A DNA stretch of 64,000 nt from an uncultured Clostridia bacterium (GCA_947166705.1 CAMVFE010000002.1:5695-69694), one strand, 5' to 3'; shown: positions 40,548 to 51,835, counted from the stretch's first letter. A program made the numbers and translations. The notes: generated from the sequence alone by a model not told the origin.

Positions 40548-41498
40548 TTACCAGATTCCCCGCTCGCCGAATTTCTTCGCAAGCGCGTTGGAGATCAGCA
40601 GGAAGATGACGCAGACAACGCTCTGGAACAGACCCACGGCCGTGCTCAGCGCGTATTGCTGGCCCATGATGCCCCGCTCGTACACAAAGATGGATATCGT
40701 CTTGCTCGCGCCCTCGACCAGCTTGTTGCTGAGGGTGAAGGGGCGGTCAAATTCCGAGCCGAGAATATGGCCCAGGTTCATGATCAAAAGCACGACGATC
40801 GTGGAGCGGATGCCCGGCAGCGTGATATGCCAGATTTTGCGCCACCTGCTGGCGCCGTCCACCTCGGCGGCCTCGTACAGCTCCGGGCTGATGCCTGTCA
40901 GGGCCGCGAGATAGATGATGGTGTTCCACCCGCATTCCTTCCAGATTCCCAGGAAGATGTAGGTGGCCCGCCAGTTGTTCTCGCTGCTGACGAAGGGGAT
41001 TTCCGTTCCCAGCAGCTTGTTGATGATCCCGTCGTGGGTTCCGAAAAGCCGCAGGGTGATTCCGGAAATGATGACCCAGCTCAGGAAGTGGGGCAGGTAA
41101 AGAACCGTCTGGGTGACCCGCTTGTATTTCGGGAAGGCCAGCTCGTTGAGCAGCAGCGCCATCATGATCGGCATCGGCATGCCGACGATCAGGTCCAGCA
41201 GGTTCAGGAAAATCGTATTGTACAGGGCCGTCTGGAAGCTGCGGTCCTTAAAGGCCTTGATGAACCAGTCGAAGCCGTTGTTCTTCACCCAGGGAACCTG
41301 CCACGGCGGCACCAGGATGTTGTTCTTCTTGAAGGCCAGCAGAATATAGGACATCGGGGTGTACCGGAAAAGCAGGAAAAATGCAATGGGCACAATCAGC
41401 AGCAGGTACAGGGTTCCGTACCTGCGCATATACAGCTTCCAGGGCATTCTTCTCGGCGCGATATTCCGCGGAAGCGCGGTTTGCTTAACCTGACTCAA
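40548..41498 (-). CDS. Carbohydrate ABC permease (LplB-like)
   Basis: YLPHFLSWV, WKECGWNTIIYLAAL, LYEAAEVDGA, TAVGLFQS. Confidence 0.9.
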   Translation of the reverse strand: MSQVKQTALPRNIAPRRMPWKLYMRRYGTLYLLLIVPIAFFLLFRYTPMSYILLAFKKNNILVPPWQVPWVKNNGFDWFIKAFKDRSFQTALYNTIFLNLLDLIVGMPMPIMMALLLNELAFPKYKRVTQTVLYLPHFLSWVIISGITLRLFGTHDGIINKLLGTEIPFVSSENNWRATYIFLGIWKECGWNTIIYLAALTGISPELYEAAEVDGASRWRKIWHITLPGIRSTIVVLLIMNLGHILGSEFDRPFTLSNKLVEGASKTISIFVYERGIMGQQYALSTAVGLFQSVVCVIFLLISNALAKKFGERGIW

Positions 41499-41748
41499 GC
41501 AGCATCTTCCTTTCCGTACATCATGGATAAAGAGGAGGCACTATGTTCCTTTTCTTTTCTTTACCATATTCTGCAAACCTTCGGAGGATTCCTGTCTGTC
41601 ATGATTATTTTATGTGCAAAATCGGAAAAAGACTATGCGATTTTTGCAGAATAGTATGCAATTTCTGCTCAGTACAGCGTAAATACACAGGGCTCCGCCC
41701 GGAGGATGATCCGGATCCGCCGTGGTCCCGGCCAGGCCGGCCGCGCGG

Positions 41749-43104
41749 TCAGGACCGCCCCGCGCGGGGCGTCTCCCGCACGCAGGCGACCTCCCGGATC
41801 CCGTAATACCGGAAGCACCGGAGCGCTTCCTCCGTGATCCGCTCTCCGCTGATCAGCACCGGCACCGCCGGCGGGCAGCTGACGCAGGGATCCGCCAGGA
41901 TCCGGCCCAGGCTCCGCTCCGCGGGAACCGTTTCCGCGGGCGCCAGCATGGCCGCGCGCACGGGCATCGCCCGCTCCGCCCGGGGCGGCGCGGGCGGCCG
42001 CTCCGGAATTCCCTCCCGGCGCGGAATGCCGGCCAGCGCCCTTTCCAGCCGCGCCAGCCCCTCCTCCCCGGTGGCCGGGGCGGGCATCATGACCAGGAAG
42101 TCCGGATCCGCAAACTCGCATTCGATCCGCTCCGCGCGGAGCATTTCCTGCATCCGGACGCCCGTATAGCCGTATGGCTTTGTTTCCAGGCTGATCTTCA
42201 TCGGTTCCGTTCCGGCCAGGACCATCCCCCGGGCGCGGAGCCTTTCCTTCGTCTGCTCCGTCCTCCGGACAAAGGCCCGCAGCTCCTCCGGCCACCCGCC
42301 GCGCAGCAGCGCGTTGCAGCGGTCGAGGCTCTCCAGGATCAGCCAGGAGGGGCTGGTGGAAGCGAACAGCGCCATAGCCCGGTCCGCCTGGGCGGCAAAC
42401 AGGGGATCCGCGTCCCGGTGAATATGCAGGTAAGCGCCGCCCGTCAGCACGGGCAGCGTCTTGTGGGCCGAATCGCAGACCAGGTCGGCGCCCAGGGACA
42501 GGGGATGCGCGTCCTCCTCCAGGAATCGGAGGTAAGCCCCGTGGGCGTTGTCCGCAAGCAGCGGGATCTCCCGCTCCCGGCACACGCGCGCCAGGGAACG
42601 GATGTCAGCCCGGCTGCCCAGATAGTCCGGGCTGGTCACATAGACCGCGGCCGGAGGCTCCGCCATCCGGTCCAGCGCGTCCTCCAGCTCCTCCGCGGCG
42701 GGTGTGCAGGTCAGCAGGCTTTCCCCGCGCAGGCACGCGGTTTCCAGCCCGAGCAGCGCCGCGCCGGACAGAAAGGTCCGGTGCGCGTTTCTTCCCGCCA
42801 GGATCAGCGGACGGATGCCCCGCTCCTCCGCGCGCAGCCTCGCCAGGAACAGCATGGCCCGGATGCACAGGGAGGAGCCCTCCGCGGAATAGGCCGTCCG
42901 CCCGGCTCCGAAGAGCTCCGCGGCGTTTTCCTCGCTCTCCCGCAGGATGCCCCCGCCGGAATACAGCGGCTCCGCGCCGCCGATCTCCGTGATATCCCCG
43001 GCTTCCGCCGGGCCGAGCCCCTTATGTCCGGGCATGTGCAGGCGCAGGAAGTTCCGCTCCCGGTACTCCCGGATAAAATCCGCCACCGGCGTCCCGCTCT
43101 TCAT
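41749..43104 (-). CDS. Orn/Lys/Arg decarboxylase family (YaaO-like) PLP enzyme
   Basis: LHMPGHKG, DITE, RNAH, DNAHGA, SAHKTLP (PLP Lys), STSPS, CPPAVP. Confidence 0.85.
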   Translation of the reverse strand: MKSGTPVADFIREYRERNFLRLHMPGHKGLGPAEAGDITEIGGAEPLYSGGGILRESEENAAELFGAGRTAYSAEGSSLCIRAMLFLARLRAEERGIRPLILAGRNAHRTFLSGAALLGLETACLRGESLLTCTPAAEELEDALDRMAEPPAAVYVTSPDYLGSRADIRSLARVCREREIPLLADNAHGAYLRFLEEDAHPLSLGADLVCDSAHKTLPVLTGGAYLHIHRDADPLFAAQADRAMALFASTSPSWLILESLDRCNALLRGGWPEELRAFVRRTEQTKERLRARGMVLAGTEPMKISLETKPYGYTGVRMQEMLRAERIECEFADPDFLVMMPAPATGEEGLARLERALAGIPRREGIPERPPAPPRAERAMPVRAAMLAPAETVPAERSLGRILADPCVSCPPAVPVLISGERITEEALRCFRYYGIREVACVRETPRAGRS

Positions 43105-43117
43105 ACCCGTTCCCCTC

Positions 43118-44374
43118 TTACAGGCCCAGCGCCTTCGCGGCGGGATCCGCGTCCAGCGTGGCAAAATAGTCCCGCGCGGTTTCGGCCCGCCGGATCATGC
43201 GGTCCTTCCCGTCCGCCGCGTGCAGGATTTCCGCGCTCCGAAGGCGTCCGTTGTAGTTGTATCCCATGGCATGGCCGTGGGCGCCCGTGTCGTGGATCAC
43301 CAGCAGATCGCCGACGGCGATCTCCGGCATCGGCCGCTCAATGGCAAACTTATCGTTATTCTCGCACAGGCACCCCGTGATATCGTAGACGCGGTCCGCC
43401 GGCGCCTCCCGCTTTCCGCAGACCGTGATGTGGTGGTACGCGCCGTACATCGCCGGGCGCATCAGGTCCGCCGCGCAGGCGTCGACCCCGATATAGTCCC
43501 GATGGGTCTTCTTTTCGTGAACCGCCCGGGTCACCAGCCATCCGAAGGGCGCCGTCATCCACCGGCCCAGCTCGCTCTTGACGGCCACGCCGCCCTCCGG
43601 GCAGATCTCCCCGTAGACCTTCCGGACAGCCTCGCCCACGGCCGCAATATCGACCTCGGGCTCCTCCGGCCTGTAGGGGACGCCGATCCCGCCGGACAGG
43701 TTGATGAAGGCGAAGCGCACCCCCGTCTCCCGCTCCATGGCCTTCCCGAGCCGCAGCAGGATTCCCGCCAGCTCCGGATAATAGGAGGCGGCCATCGTGT
43801 TGGAGGACAGGAAGGCATGCAGCCCGAACCGCGCCGCGCCCTTCTCCTTCAGCCGCGCCAGGGTGTCCCGGATCTGCGCCTCCGGCATGCCGTACTTCGC
43901 CTCGCCGGGGTTTCCCATGATCGTGTTGCCGATGGAGAAATCCCCGCCGGGATTGTAGCGGAGGCATACGCATTCCGGAACGCCCCCGTGCGCCTCCAGG
44001 GTCGCCAGGTCGCTGGCGTCATCCAGGTTGATGATCGCCCCCAGCGCCCGGGCCTGGTCGTATTCCTCCGGCGGCATGGCGTTGGCGGAAAACATGATCT
44101 GCTCATCGCGGAACCCGCAGGCCTCCGCCAGCTTCAGCTCCGTGGCCGAGGAACAGTCCAGCCCGCAGCCCTCCTCCTTCATGATCCGGAGGATCGCGGG
44201 ATTCGGAAGGGCCTTGACCGCGAAGTACTCCCGGAAATCCGGGCACCAGGCAAACGCGCGGTTCAGCCGCCTCGCCCTTTCCCGGATGCCCTTCTCGTCG
44301 TAGAGGTGGAAGGGGGTGGGGAACTCCGCGGCCGCCTGTTCAAACACGCTGTCCGGCAGGGTAAAATTCGGCAT
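43118..44374 (-). CDS. lysA: Diaminopimelate decarboxylase
   Basis: PTPFHLYD, FAVKA, KYG, NLSGG, RPAMYGAYH, GCLCENND, YNYN. Confidence 0.9.
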   Translation of the reverse strand: MPNFTLPDSVFEQAAAEFPTPFHLYDEKGIRERARRLNRAFAWCPDFREYFAVKALPNPAILRIMKEEGCGLDCSSATELKLAEACGFRDEQIMFSANAMPPEEYDQARALGAIINLDDASDLATLEAHGGVPECVCLRYNPGGDFSIGNTIMGNPGEAKYGMPEAQIRDTLARLKEKGAARFGLHAFLSSNTMAASYYPELAGILLRLGKAMERETGVRFAFINLSGGIGVPYRPEEPEVDIAAVGEAVRKVYGEICPEGGVAVKSELGRWMTAPFGWLVTRAVHEKKTHRDYIGVDACAADLMRPAMYGAYHHITVCGKREAPADRVYDITGCLCENNDKFAIERPMPEIAVGDLLVIHDTGAHGHAMGYNYNGRLRSAEILHAADGKDRMIRRAETARDYFATLDADPAAKALGL

Positions 44375-44483
44375 GGGATTGCGCCTCCTGTCCTGATTGA
44401 TTCCGCGGCGGAAAGCCGCCGCGCGCTCTGCCTTCCGTCCCCCGGCGCCCCGCCCGGGGCGGTCCGGAAGCCGGGCCGGCCTT

Positions 44484-47400
44484 TTATTCCTGATAGTCCT
44501 GCAGGGAGACGGAAACCATCCTGCTGACGCCCTGCTCCTCCATGGCCACGCCGTACAGGCTGTCCGCGCGCTCCATGGTGCCCTTCCGGTGCGTCACGAC
44601 GACGAACTGCGTCTCCTTCGAGTATTCCTGCAGATAGTCCGCGAAGTACCCGATGTTCGCGTCGTCCAGCGCCGCCTCAATCTCATCCAGAATGCAGAAG
44701 GGCGTGGGCTTCAGCTTCAGCGTCGCGAAAAGGATGGCGATGGCCGTCAGCGCCTTTTCCCCGCCGGAGAGCAGCGTCAGCAGCTGCAGCTTCTTTCCCG
44801 GGGGCTGGGCGTTGATCTCGATGGCGCAGTTCAGCGGGTCGGAGGGATCCGTCAGGATCAGCTCCGCGTGCCCGCCGCCGAAGAGCCGCCGGAAGGTCTC
44901 GGAAAAATACCCCTGCAGCAGGGTGAAATTCTCCGTGAACGTCGTTTTCATCTGCTCCAGCAGCCGGGCGATCAGGTCCCGCAGATCCTTTTCCGCCTTC
45001 TCCAGGTCCTCCCGCTGGGACGTCATTTCGTCCACGCGGGCCTTTGTCTCCGCGTACTCCTCCACCGCCTTCACGTTCACCGTGCCCAGCATGCGGATCT
45101 CCGTGGAGATCTGTGCCGCCCGGCGGTCCGCCTCCGTCGCGTTGAAGCCCTTCGTCTGCCGGAATTCCTCCGCCATGGCGTAGGTCATCTCGTACGTGTT
45201 CCAGATGCGGTCCCGGAGCGCCTTCAGATCCCCCTCGGTCCGGGTCCGGTTCAGCTCCAGCCGGTGCATCCGGTCCGTGTCGCGCCCGCGGGTCTCATGC
45301 AGCCCTTCGATTTCGGAAAGCGCCTCCCGCAGGGCGTTCTGCCGCCCGCTCCGGCTTTCCTCCAGCGCCCGGATCACCTTTTCCCGGCCTTCCTGCGCCT
45401 CCCGGGCCGCCTGCTCCGCCTTTTCCAGCTCCCGGGCTTCCCCGGCGTCCGCGGCTTCCTCCGCCTCCATCCGGGCCAGCTCCTGCGTCCGGCGGTCCTG
45501 CTCCCGGAGCATCCGCTCCCGCTCCTGGCGGAAGCGTTCCCGGTCCCGGCTCAGGCTTTCCGCCTCATGCCGCAGGTCGTTGACCTCCAGGGCGAGGGCC
45601 ACGGCGCCGGCCGCCGCTTCCTCGGCGGCCTTCCGCGCTTCCGCAAGCAGCCCCTGCAGCCGGGCGGTTTCCTGCTCCATCTCCTCGCGGGACTGCTGCT
45701 CCCGGCTCGTGTCCCCGGCCGCCAGGGACAGCTGCTCCTCAATCTGGTTCATCGATTCCATCAGCTGTTCCCGGGCGGCCTCGGTCTCGGAAAGCCGCAG
45801 GGCGTGCATATCCCGGTCCGCCTCCGCGTTCTGGACATGCTCCGTTTCCCGGGCGACGGCGATCTCCTGCTGGTGCAGCGTCTCCAGCGCCTCCGCGCTT
45901 TCCTTTTTCAGCGCGTCCTTCAGCTCCTGCCCGTCGCGCATGTCCTTCAGCAGCCCTTCCAGCTCCGTCTGGCCCGCGCCGAGCTTCTCCGTCAGCTCCT
46001 TCAGCTCCCGCTCCCGGGAAAAGAAGTTGACGTTCCGGGAGGAGACCGATCCGCCGGTCATGGATCCGCCGGAATGCATGACGTCCCCCTGCAGCGTCAC
46101 CAGCCGGAAGGCGTGCCCGCCCCGGCGCATGATGGCGATTCCGCTGTCCAGGTCCTCCGCGACCACCGTCCGCCCGAGCAGGTTTTCCACCACGCCCCGG
46201 AACCGCGGCTCGCAGCTGACCAGCTCCGAAGCCGTTCCCAGGCATCCGGGCATGCTCAGCACTTCGCGCTCCCGTCCCTCCAGGGTGCGGGATCTGACGC
46301 TCGTCATGGGCAGGAAGGTCGCCCGGCCCAGATGGTTCTTCCTCAGGAACTCAATCAGCTGCTTGGCGGTTTCCTCGTCCTCCGTGACGATGTTCTGCTG
46401 CGCGCTGCCCAGCACCATATCCATCGCCGTCTCAAATCGCTGCGGCACCTGGATCAGCCGTCCGAGCACGCCGTGAACCCCGGCCATGCCGCGGCTCTGC
46501 GCTTCCTTCACCGCCGCGCGGACCGCGTGGGCGTAGCCCTCCATCTCCCGGCTCATCTCGGCGAGCAGCTTCTGCCTGGATTCCATGTCCCGCATCTCCG
46601 CCAGCTTCCGGTCGTAGCGCTGCCGGGCGCGGATCACATCCCCGTCCGCCTGGTTCAGGCGGTTCACCGTATCCTGCCAGGCGTCGGCGCAGGCCTGCCG
46701 GCGCTCTTCCTCCTCCCGGAGAAGGCGCCGCGCTTCCTGCACCGCGTTTTCCTTCTCCGCGGACTCGCGCTTCATCTCCCCGCAGGAATCCGTGATCTCC
46801 TTCAGGCGGCTTTCCATGGTGGAAAGCATGGTCTTCAGCCGGGTCTGGTCGTTCATCGCCGCGGCGTGGCGGTTCATCGCCTCCATGACGGCGTTCTGCT
46901 GGCTCTCCAGCGCTTCCTCCCGGGCCGCTTCCTCCGCCCGGGCCTTTTCCTCCGCCTCCTGTGCGGAGGCAAGGGCCTCCTCCTTCTCCGCCATCAGGCG
47001 GCCCCGGGCCTCGCCGGTGCTCCCGCTTTCCTCCGCCAGCCTTTCAAGCTCCGCCATCCGCTGCGCGGCGGCCTCCGACTCCTTTTCAGTCCTTTCCCGG
47101 TCCTCCTGCCGCCGGGCCCTGCGCTCCGCCATCCTGCGGACCGCGTCCTGCGTCCGGTGCAGCTCCTCCATCCCGTCCATGACGGTCTGATGCGCCAGGG
47201 AAATCTTCTCGTCCAGCCCGGCGATCTCCGCCTGCAGGCTGTCCCGGCGCTCCGCCTTCTCCTGCAGGGCCGCCTCCGTCTGTTCCAGCACGGAGCGCAT
47301 TCCCTGCAGCTCGCTGTCCAGGTCCCGCATCCGCGCTTCCATGCGGTCGCTCCGGACCAGGAAAAGGTTCAGGTCCAGCGTCTTCAGCTCGGCGCTCAGG

Positions 47401-48050
47401 TCCAGATAGATCCGGGCGTTCCTGGCCTGCTCCTCCAGGGGCTCCAGGCGGCGCTTCAGCTCCTCCAGAATGTCGTCCACCCGGCTCATGTTGTCCATGG
47501 TATGCGCCAGCTTCCGGTCCGCTTCCTCCTTGCGGGCCCGGAATTTGACGATCCCCGCCGCCTCCTCGAACACCTGGCGGCGGTCCTCCCCCTTCCGGGA
47601 CAGGATCTCATCGATCCGGCCCTGGCCGATGATGGAGTAGCCCTCCTTGCCGATGCCCGTATCCCGGAAAAGGTCCACCACGTCCTTCAGCCTGCAGGCG
47701 GACCGGTTCAGGAAGTATTCGCTCTCCCCGCTCCTGTACACCCGCCGGGTCACCATGACCTCGGCGTAATCCAGCGGAAGCGCCCGGTCCTCATTGTCGA
47801 AGACCAGCGAGACCTCGCAGTAGCTCAGCGGCTTGCGCTTCTGCGTGCCGTTGAAGATCACGTCCTGCATGCTCGATCCCCGCAGCAGGCGGGCGCTCTG
47901 CTCGCCCAGCACCCACCGGACCGCGTCGCCGATATTGCTCTTTCCGGATCCATTCGGCCCGACAATTGCGGTGATGCCCTCGTTCAGCACGATCTCCGTC
48001 CGCTGGGCGAAGGATTTGAACCCGTACAGTTCCAGTTTCTTCAGTCGCAT
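44484..48050 (-). CDS. smc: Chromosome segregation protein SMC
   Basis: MRLKKLELYGFKSF, GPNGSGKSN, hinge GRATFLP, LSGGEK, LDEIEAALD. Confidence 0.96.
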   Translation of the reverse strand: MRLKKLELYGFKSFAQRTEIVLNEGITAIVGPNGSGKSNIGDAVRWVLGEQSARLLRGSSMQDVIFNGTQKRKPLSYCEVSLVFDNEDRALPLDYAEVMVTRRVYRSGESEYFLNRSACRLKDVVDLFRDTGIGKEGYSIIGQGRIDEILSRKGEDRRQVFEEAAGIVKFRARKEEADRKLAHTMDNMSRVDDILEELKRRLEPLEEQARNARIYLDLSAELKTLDLNLFLVRSDRMEARMRDLDSELQGMRSVLEQTEAALQEKAERRDSLQAEIAGLDEKISLAHQTVMDGMEELHRTQDAVRRMAERRARRQEDRERTEKESEAAAQRMAELERLAEESGSTGEARGRLMAEKEEALASAQEAEEKARAEEAAREEALESQQNAVMEAMNRHAAAMNDQTRLKTMLSTMESRLKEITDSCGEMKRESAEKENAVQEARRLLREEEERRQACADAWQDTVNRLNQADGDVIRARQRYDRKLAEMRDMESRQKLLAEMSREMEGYAHAVRAAVKEAQSRGMAGVHGVLGRLIQVPQRFETAMDMVLGSAQQNIVTEDEETAKQLIEFLRKNHLGRATFLPMTSVRSRTLEGREREVLSMPGCLGTASELVSCEPRFRGVVENLLGRTVVAEDLDSGIAIMRRGGHAFRLVTLQGDVMHSGGSMTGGSVSSRNVNFFSRERELKELTEKLGAGQTELEGLLKDMRDGQELKDALKKESAEALETLHQQEIAVARETEHVQNAEADRDMHALRLSETEAAREQLMESMNQIEEQLSLAAGDTSREQQSREEMEQETARLQGLLAEARKAAEEAAAGAVALALEVNDLRHEAESLSRDRERFRQERERMLREQDRRTQELARMEAEEAADAGEARELEKAEQAAREAQEGREKVIRALEESRSGRQNALREALSEIEGLHETRGRDTDRMHRLELNRTRTEGDLKALRDRIWNTYEMTYAMAEEFRQTKGFNATEADRRAAQISTEIRMLGTVNVKAVEEYAETKARVDEMTSQREDLEKAEKDLRDLIARLLEQMKTTFTENFTLLQGYFSETFRRLFGGGHAELILTDPSDPLNCAIEINAQPPGKKLQLLTLLSGGEKALTAIAILFATLKLKPTPFCILDEIEAALDDANIGYFADYLQEYSKETQFVVVTHRKGTMERADSLYGVAMEEQGVSRMVSVSLQDYQE

Positions 48051-48233
48051 TTCCCACGTATTCCTGATTCTTTTTCCTTGATCCGTCTCCGTCCCGCCCT
48101 GTTCGGGAAGACGTCCCATGATACCATAATTCCCCCGGAAAGGAAACCGCAGGCCGCGAAAAAAACAAAGCTTTCCGGCGCGCGGAAAAGCGCCGCCTCC
48201 CTCCCGGGGAAGCGGCGCCTCCGAATCCTTCCG

Positions 48234-49358
48234 TCAATCCCACAGCAGGCTCTTTTCCGTCTTCGGATCGAAGATCTGCGTCACCTTGCTGGAGAACGTG
48301 AAGCGGATATGCGCGCCGGACACGAGCCTGTCCCGCTTTTCCGGGCTCAGGTCGATGGTGGGCACCCGCAGGATGACATTTTTGCTTTCCCCGCTGCGGA
48401 CGTGCAGGTGCAGCTCGCTGCCCATCATCTCGTTGACCAGGATCTCGCCGTCCAGGCTGTCCTCCCCGTCGTCGCAGAGGGTCAGATGCTCCGGCCGCAC
48501 GCCGAGGATCACCTCCGCGGAGCCGGCGCCGTGCTTCCGCAGCAGGGCGGCCCGCTCCTCCTCCAGCTCCACCGTATGCCCGTTCACTTCAACGGTATAC
48601 CGGTCGCCGGCCCGGTTCAGGCGGGCCGGGAAGAAGTTCATCTGCGGGGATCCGATAAAGCCCGCCACAAAGAGGTTCCGGGGCCTGTCGAACACCTCGC
48701 CGGGCGTGCCGACCTGCTCGATGTAGCCGTTCTGCATGATCACGATCCGGTCGCCCAGGGTCATGGCCTCGGTCTGGTCATGGGTCACGTAGACGAAGGT
48801 GGTGTTCATCTTCTGCCGCAGCAGGATGATCTCCGCGCGCATCTGGTTGCGCAGCTTCGCGTCCAGGTTGCTCAGCGGCTCGTCCATCAGGAACACCTTC
48901 GGATCCCGCACGATGGCGCGGCCGATGGCGACGCGCTGCCGCTGGCCGCCGGACAGGGCCCGGGGCTTCCGCATCAGGTACTCGGTGATGCCCAGAATCT
49001 CCGCCGCCCGGGTCACCCGCTCGTAGACCTCGTCCTCCGGGGTCTTCTTCAGCCGCAGCGAGAAGGCGATGTTGTCAAACACCGTCATATGCGGATACAG
49101 CGCGTAGTTCTGGAAGACCATGGCGATGTCCCGGTCCTTGGGCTGCAGGTCGTTCACCACCTCGCCGTCGATCTCCAGGGTGCCCTCGCTGATATCCTCC
49201 AGCCCGGCGATCATCCGCAGGGTGGTGGATTTTCCGCAGCCGGAGGGCCCGACAAAAACCACGAATTCCTTATCGTGAATGGTCAGGTTGAAGTCATGCA
49301 CGGCCACCACGTTGTGGTCGTAGATCTTTTTGATATTGGTCAGCTTCACTTCTGCCAT
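48234..49358 (-). CDS. msmX: Sugar ABC ATPase MsmX/MalK
   Basis: [40 protein letters not shown] tail. Confidence 0.88.
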   Translation of the reverse strand: MAEVKLTNIKKIYDHNVVAVHDFNLTIHDKEFVVFVGPSGCGKSTTLRMIAGLEDISEGTLEIDGEVVNDLQPKDRDIAMVFQNYALYPHMTVFDNIAFSLRLKKTPEDEVYERVTRAAEILGITEYLMRKPRALSGGQRQRVAIGRAIVRDPKVFLMDEPLSNLDAKLRNQMRAEIILLRQKMNTTFVYVTHDQTEAMTLGDRIVIMQNGYIEQVGTPGEVFDRPRNLFVAGFIGSPQMNFFPARLNRAGDRYTVEVNGHTVELEEERAALLRKHGAGSAEVILGVRPEHLTLCDDGEDSLDGEILVNEMMGSELHLHVRSGESKNVILRVPTIDLSPEKRDRLVSGAHIRFTFSSKVTQIFDPKTEKSLLWD

Positions 49359-49430
49359 GATTGATCAGTCCTTTCTTTTCTGTTGCCTGGCTGCCCGGCC
49401 TTCCGGCCGGCCGCCGGAGGACGCGGATGC

Positions 49431-50300
49431 TCAGCCCTTGACGGCCCCGCCGGTAACGCCTTCGACATAGTACTTCTGCAGGAACAGGAACAGCAGGGTG
49501 ACCGGGAGGGCCACCAGCACGCCGCCCGCGCAGAACAGCGTGTAGCTCTTGTTGATCTGATCCTTGCTCAGCCAGTCATACAGTCCGACCGCCACGTTCT
49601 TTCCGGCGGAAGCACCGAAGGAGATATACCGGGCAAACACGAAGTCCCCCCAGGGGCCCATGAACGCGGTCAGAATCGTGTAGATGACGATGGGCTTGGC
49701 CAGCGGCAGAATGATCTTGTACAGCACCTGGGAGCGGGTCGCCCCGTCCACCCGGGCCGCCTCGTCCAGCGACATGGGGATCGTATCAAAGAACCCCTTG
49801 GAAACATAGTACCCCATGCCGGAGGAAGCCACGTAAACCAGGATCAGTCCCGGCACCGCGTTCGCCTGGGTCAGCCCGAGGTCCTTCAGCACCCGGTACA
49901 GGATAATCATGGACAGCATGCCGGGGAACATCCCCAGGATCAGCATGAACCGCATCAGCGGCTGGCGCATTTTGAAGCGGAAGCGGCTCAGCGTATAGCT
50001 CATGCACAGGACGATCACCGTCTGCAGCACCGCGGTCACCAGGGCGGTGATGAGCGTGTTCATGTACCATCTGGGAAAGTCCGTGTTCCAGAGGTTGACG
50101 TAATTGTCAAATCCCCATTTCTGCGGAATCACGTACCCCACCTGCCAGGTGCTTTCCACCCGGAAGGACTGCAGCAGAATACAGACGAAGGGGATCAGCC
50201 AGACCACGCTCATGACGACGAGCAGGACGTGGATCAGCGTGTTGGACAGCGCGCGGGAGGCCCGCAGCCCCATGTGGCGCTTTGCGGTATTCTCACTCAT
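49431..50300 (-). CDS. Sugar ABC permease MalG/GanQ-like
   Basis: KGFFDTIP.SLDEAARVDGA, FMGPWGDF, GVTGGAVKG. Confidence 0.9.
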   Translation of the reverse strand: MSENTAKRHMGLRASRALSNTLIHVLLVVMSVVWLIPFVCILLQSFRVESTWQVGYVIPQKWGFDNYVNLWNTDFPRWYMNTLITALVTAVLQTVIVLCMSYTLSRFRFKMRQPLMRFMLILGMFPGMLSMIILYRVLKDLGLTQANAVPGLILVYVASSGMGYYVSKGFFDTIPMSLDEAARVDGATRSQVLYKIILPLAKPIVIYTILTAFMGPWGDFVFARYISFGASAGKNVAVGLYDWLSKDQINKSYTLFCAGGVLVALPVTLLFLFLQKYYVEGVTGGAVKG

Positions 50301-51835
50301 CAGCGGAAATCCTCCTCGTTCTTAATACTCGGCAGCAGGTTGTACACGACCAGCGAGATCAGCGCCACGACGACGAACACCAGGATGCCGACCACGGAGG
50401 CCAGGTAATACTGGGATTCGGCGCCGGTGGTAATCTTGAACAGCCACGTGATCAGCAGATCGGTATAGCCCACGGAGCCGGCGGCCGAGGAGGCCGCGGG
50501 GTTGGTGGGCGCTCCGCCTGTCAGCAGGTAGATGACGTTGAAGTTGTTCATGTTGGAGGTGAAGCTGGTCAGCAGGTACGGCCCGGTCACGAAAAGCATG
50601 TAGGGCAGGGTGATCTTCGTATACTGCTGCCAGGCGTTCGCCCCGTCGATCCGGGAGGATTCGTACAGGTCCGCCGGGATGTTCATCAGGATGCCGGTGG
50701 TAATCAGCATCAGATAGGGAATGCCGATCCAGATGTTGATCACGATCACCGTGATCCGCGCCCAGGTGGGATCCTCCCAGAAGGGCAGCGCCTGCTGGAT
50801 CCACCCCATGCTGAGCAGGAAGCCGTTCAGGATGCCGTCCTTGGCGAACATCTTGGATACATACAGCAGGGAAATGAACTGGGGAATGGCGATGGTCAGC
50901 ACCAGCACGGTCCGCCAGAGCTTCTTCAGCCGGATGCCCTTCTTGTTGATCGCCATGGCGACGAACATGCCCAGGAAGTAGTTGGTGAAGGTGGCGAAGA
51001 AGGCCCAGATCAGCGTCCAGGTCAGGATCTCGCCGAAGGTGGCCGCGTAGCTCTGCGATCCGCCGCCCGAAGACCAGGACAGCATGGTGTTGAAGTTCTT
51101 CAGCCCCACCCATGTGAACAGGTTGTTCGCGTAGCCGTCGTGCGCCCCGTCGTAGTTGGTGAAGGCGACCAGCACCATGAAGACGATCGGAAGCACGGTG
51201 AAGATCAGGATGCCGGTCAGCGGAAGCGCCAGCAGCGTCTTGTGGAACTGATCGTCCACCACGGACCGCAGGTCCTCCTTCCCGCTCTTCAGCTTCTTGC
51301 CGGAGGCGAGGATCCGCTCCGCGATCCGGTTCTGCTTCACGTTCTGCCGCCAGGTATAGATGAACGCGATGATGAAGAAGATGGTCAGCACCCCGTAAAG
51401 CAGGATCTTGAAGGAATTGTCATGATAAGCGGTGGTGTAGGTGTCAAGGATTTCGTTGTACGTCTCGCTGGGGCCCTCCAGGCCCAGGGAGGGAAGCATG
51501 CTCAGCCAGTACCCCCCGGTCAGCGCCATGTATCCGATAAAGACGATTTCAAACAGCAGGAACAGCAGTCCCCGCAGGATCTGCCCCCGGGCCAGGTTGC
51601 CGAAGCCCATCACCAGGAAGGAGGTCCTGGTCTTCCAGTCCCCGTGGGCGAAGGTGCCGGCGATGTCCTTGATCTCCCGGCCCAGCGCCTTCGCGCCGGC
51701 GATGATTCCCTGCCAGATCTTCGCGAAAAAGCGCCCGATCCCGACCGGAATCGCGATCAGGAAGCGAAGAAGCCTGTACAGAAATTTCTGTCCCCTGCTC
51801 AGCCGCAGGAATTCCAGGTCGCTGTACTGTTTCAT
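50300..51835 (-). CDS. Sugar ABC permease MalF/GanP-like
   Basis: AFTNYD, WVGLKNF, LYESSRIDGA, NNFNVIYLLTGG. Confidence 0.9.
   Translation of the reverse strand: MKQYSDLEFLRLSRGQKFLYRLLRFLIAIPVGIGRFFAKIWQGIIAGAKALGREIKDIAGTFAHGDWKTRTSFLVMGFGNLARGQILRGLLFLLFEIVFIGYMALTGGYWLSMLPSLGLEGPSETYNEILDTYTTAYHDNSFKILLYGVLTIFFIIAFIYTWRQNVKQNRIAERILASGKKLKSGKEDLRSVVDDQFHKTLLALPLTGILIFTVLPIVFMVLVAFTNYDGAHDGYANNLFTWVGLKNFNTMLSWSSGGGSQSYAATFGEILTWTLIWAFFATFTNYFLGMFVAMAINKKGIRLKKLWRTVLVLTIAIPQFISLLYVSKMFAKDGILNGFLLSMGWIQQALPFWEDPTWARITVIVINIWIGIPYLMLITTGILMNIPADLYESSRIDGANAWQQYTKITLPYMLFVTGPYLLTSFTSNMNNFNVIYLLTGGAPTNPAASSAAGSVGYTDLLITWLFKITTGAESQYYLASVVGILVFVVVALISLVVYNLLPSIKNEEDFR

Noticed and set aside
44397-49364. 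1655-aa plus-strand ORF and many other long antisense ORFs (e.g. 8461-10587, 20976-23462, 23044-25830, 37802-40519)
   Set aside because: Shadow ORFs opposite well-supported genes, expected from high-GC codon bias; no motifs or RBS
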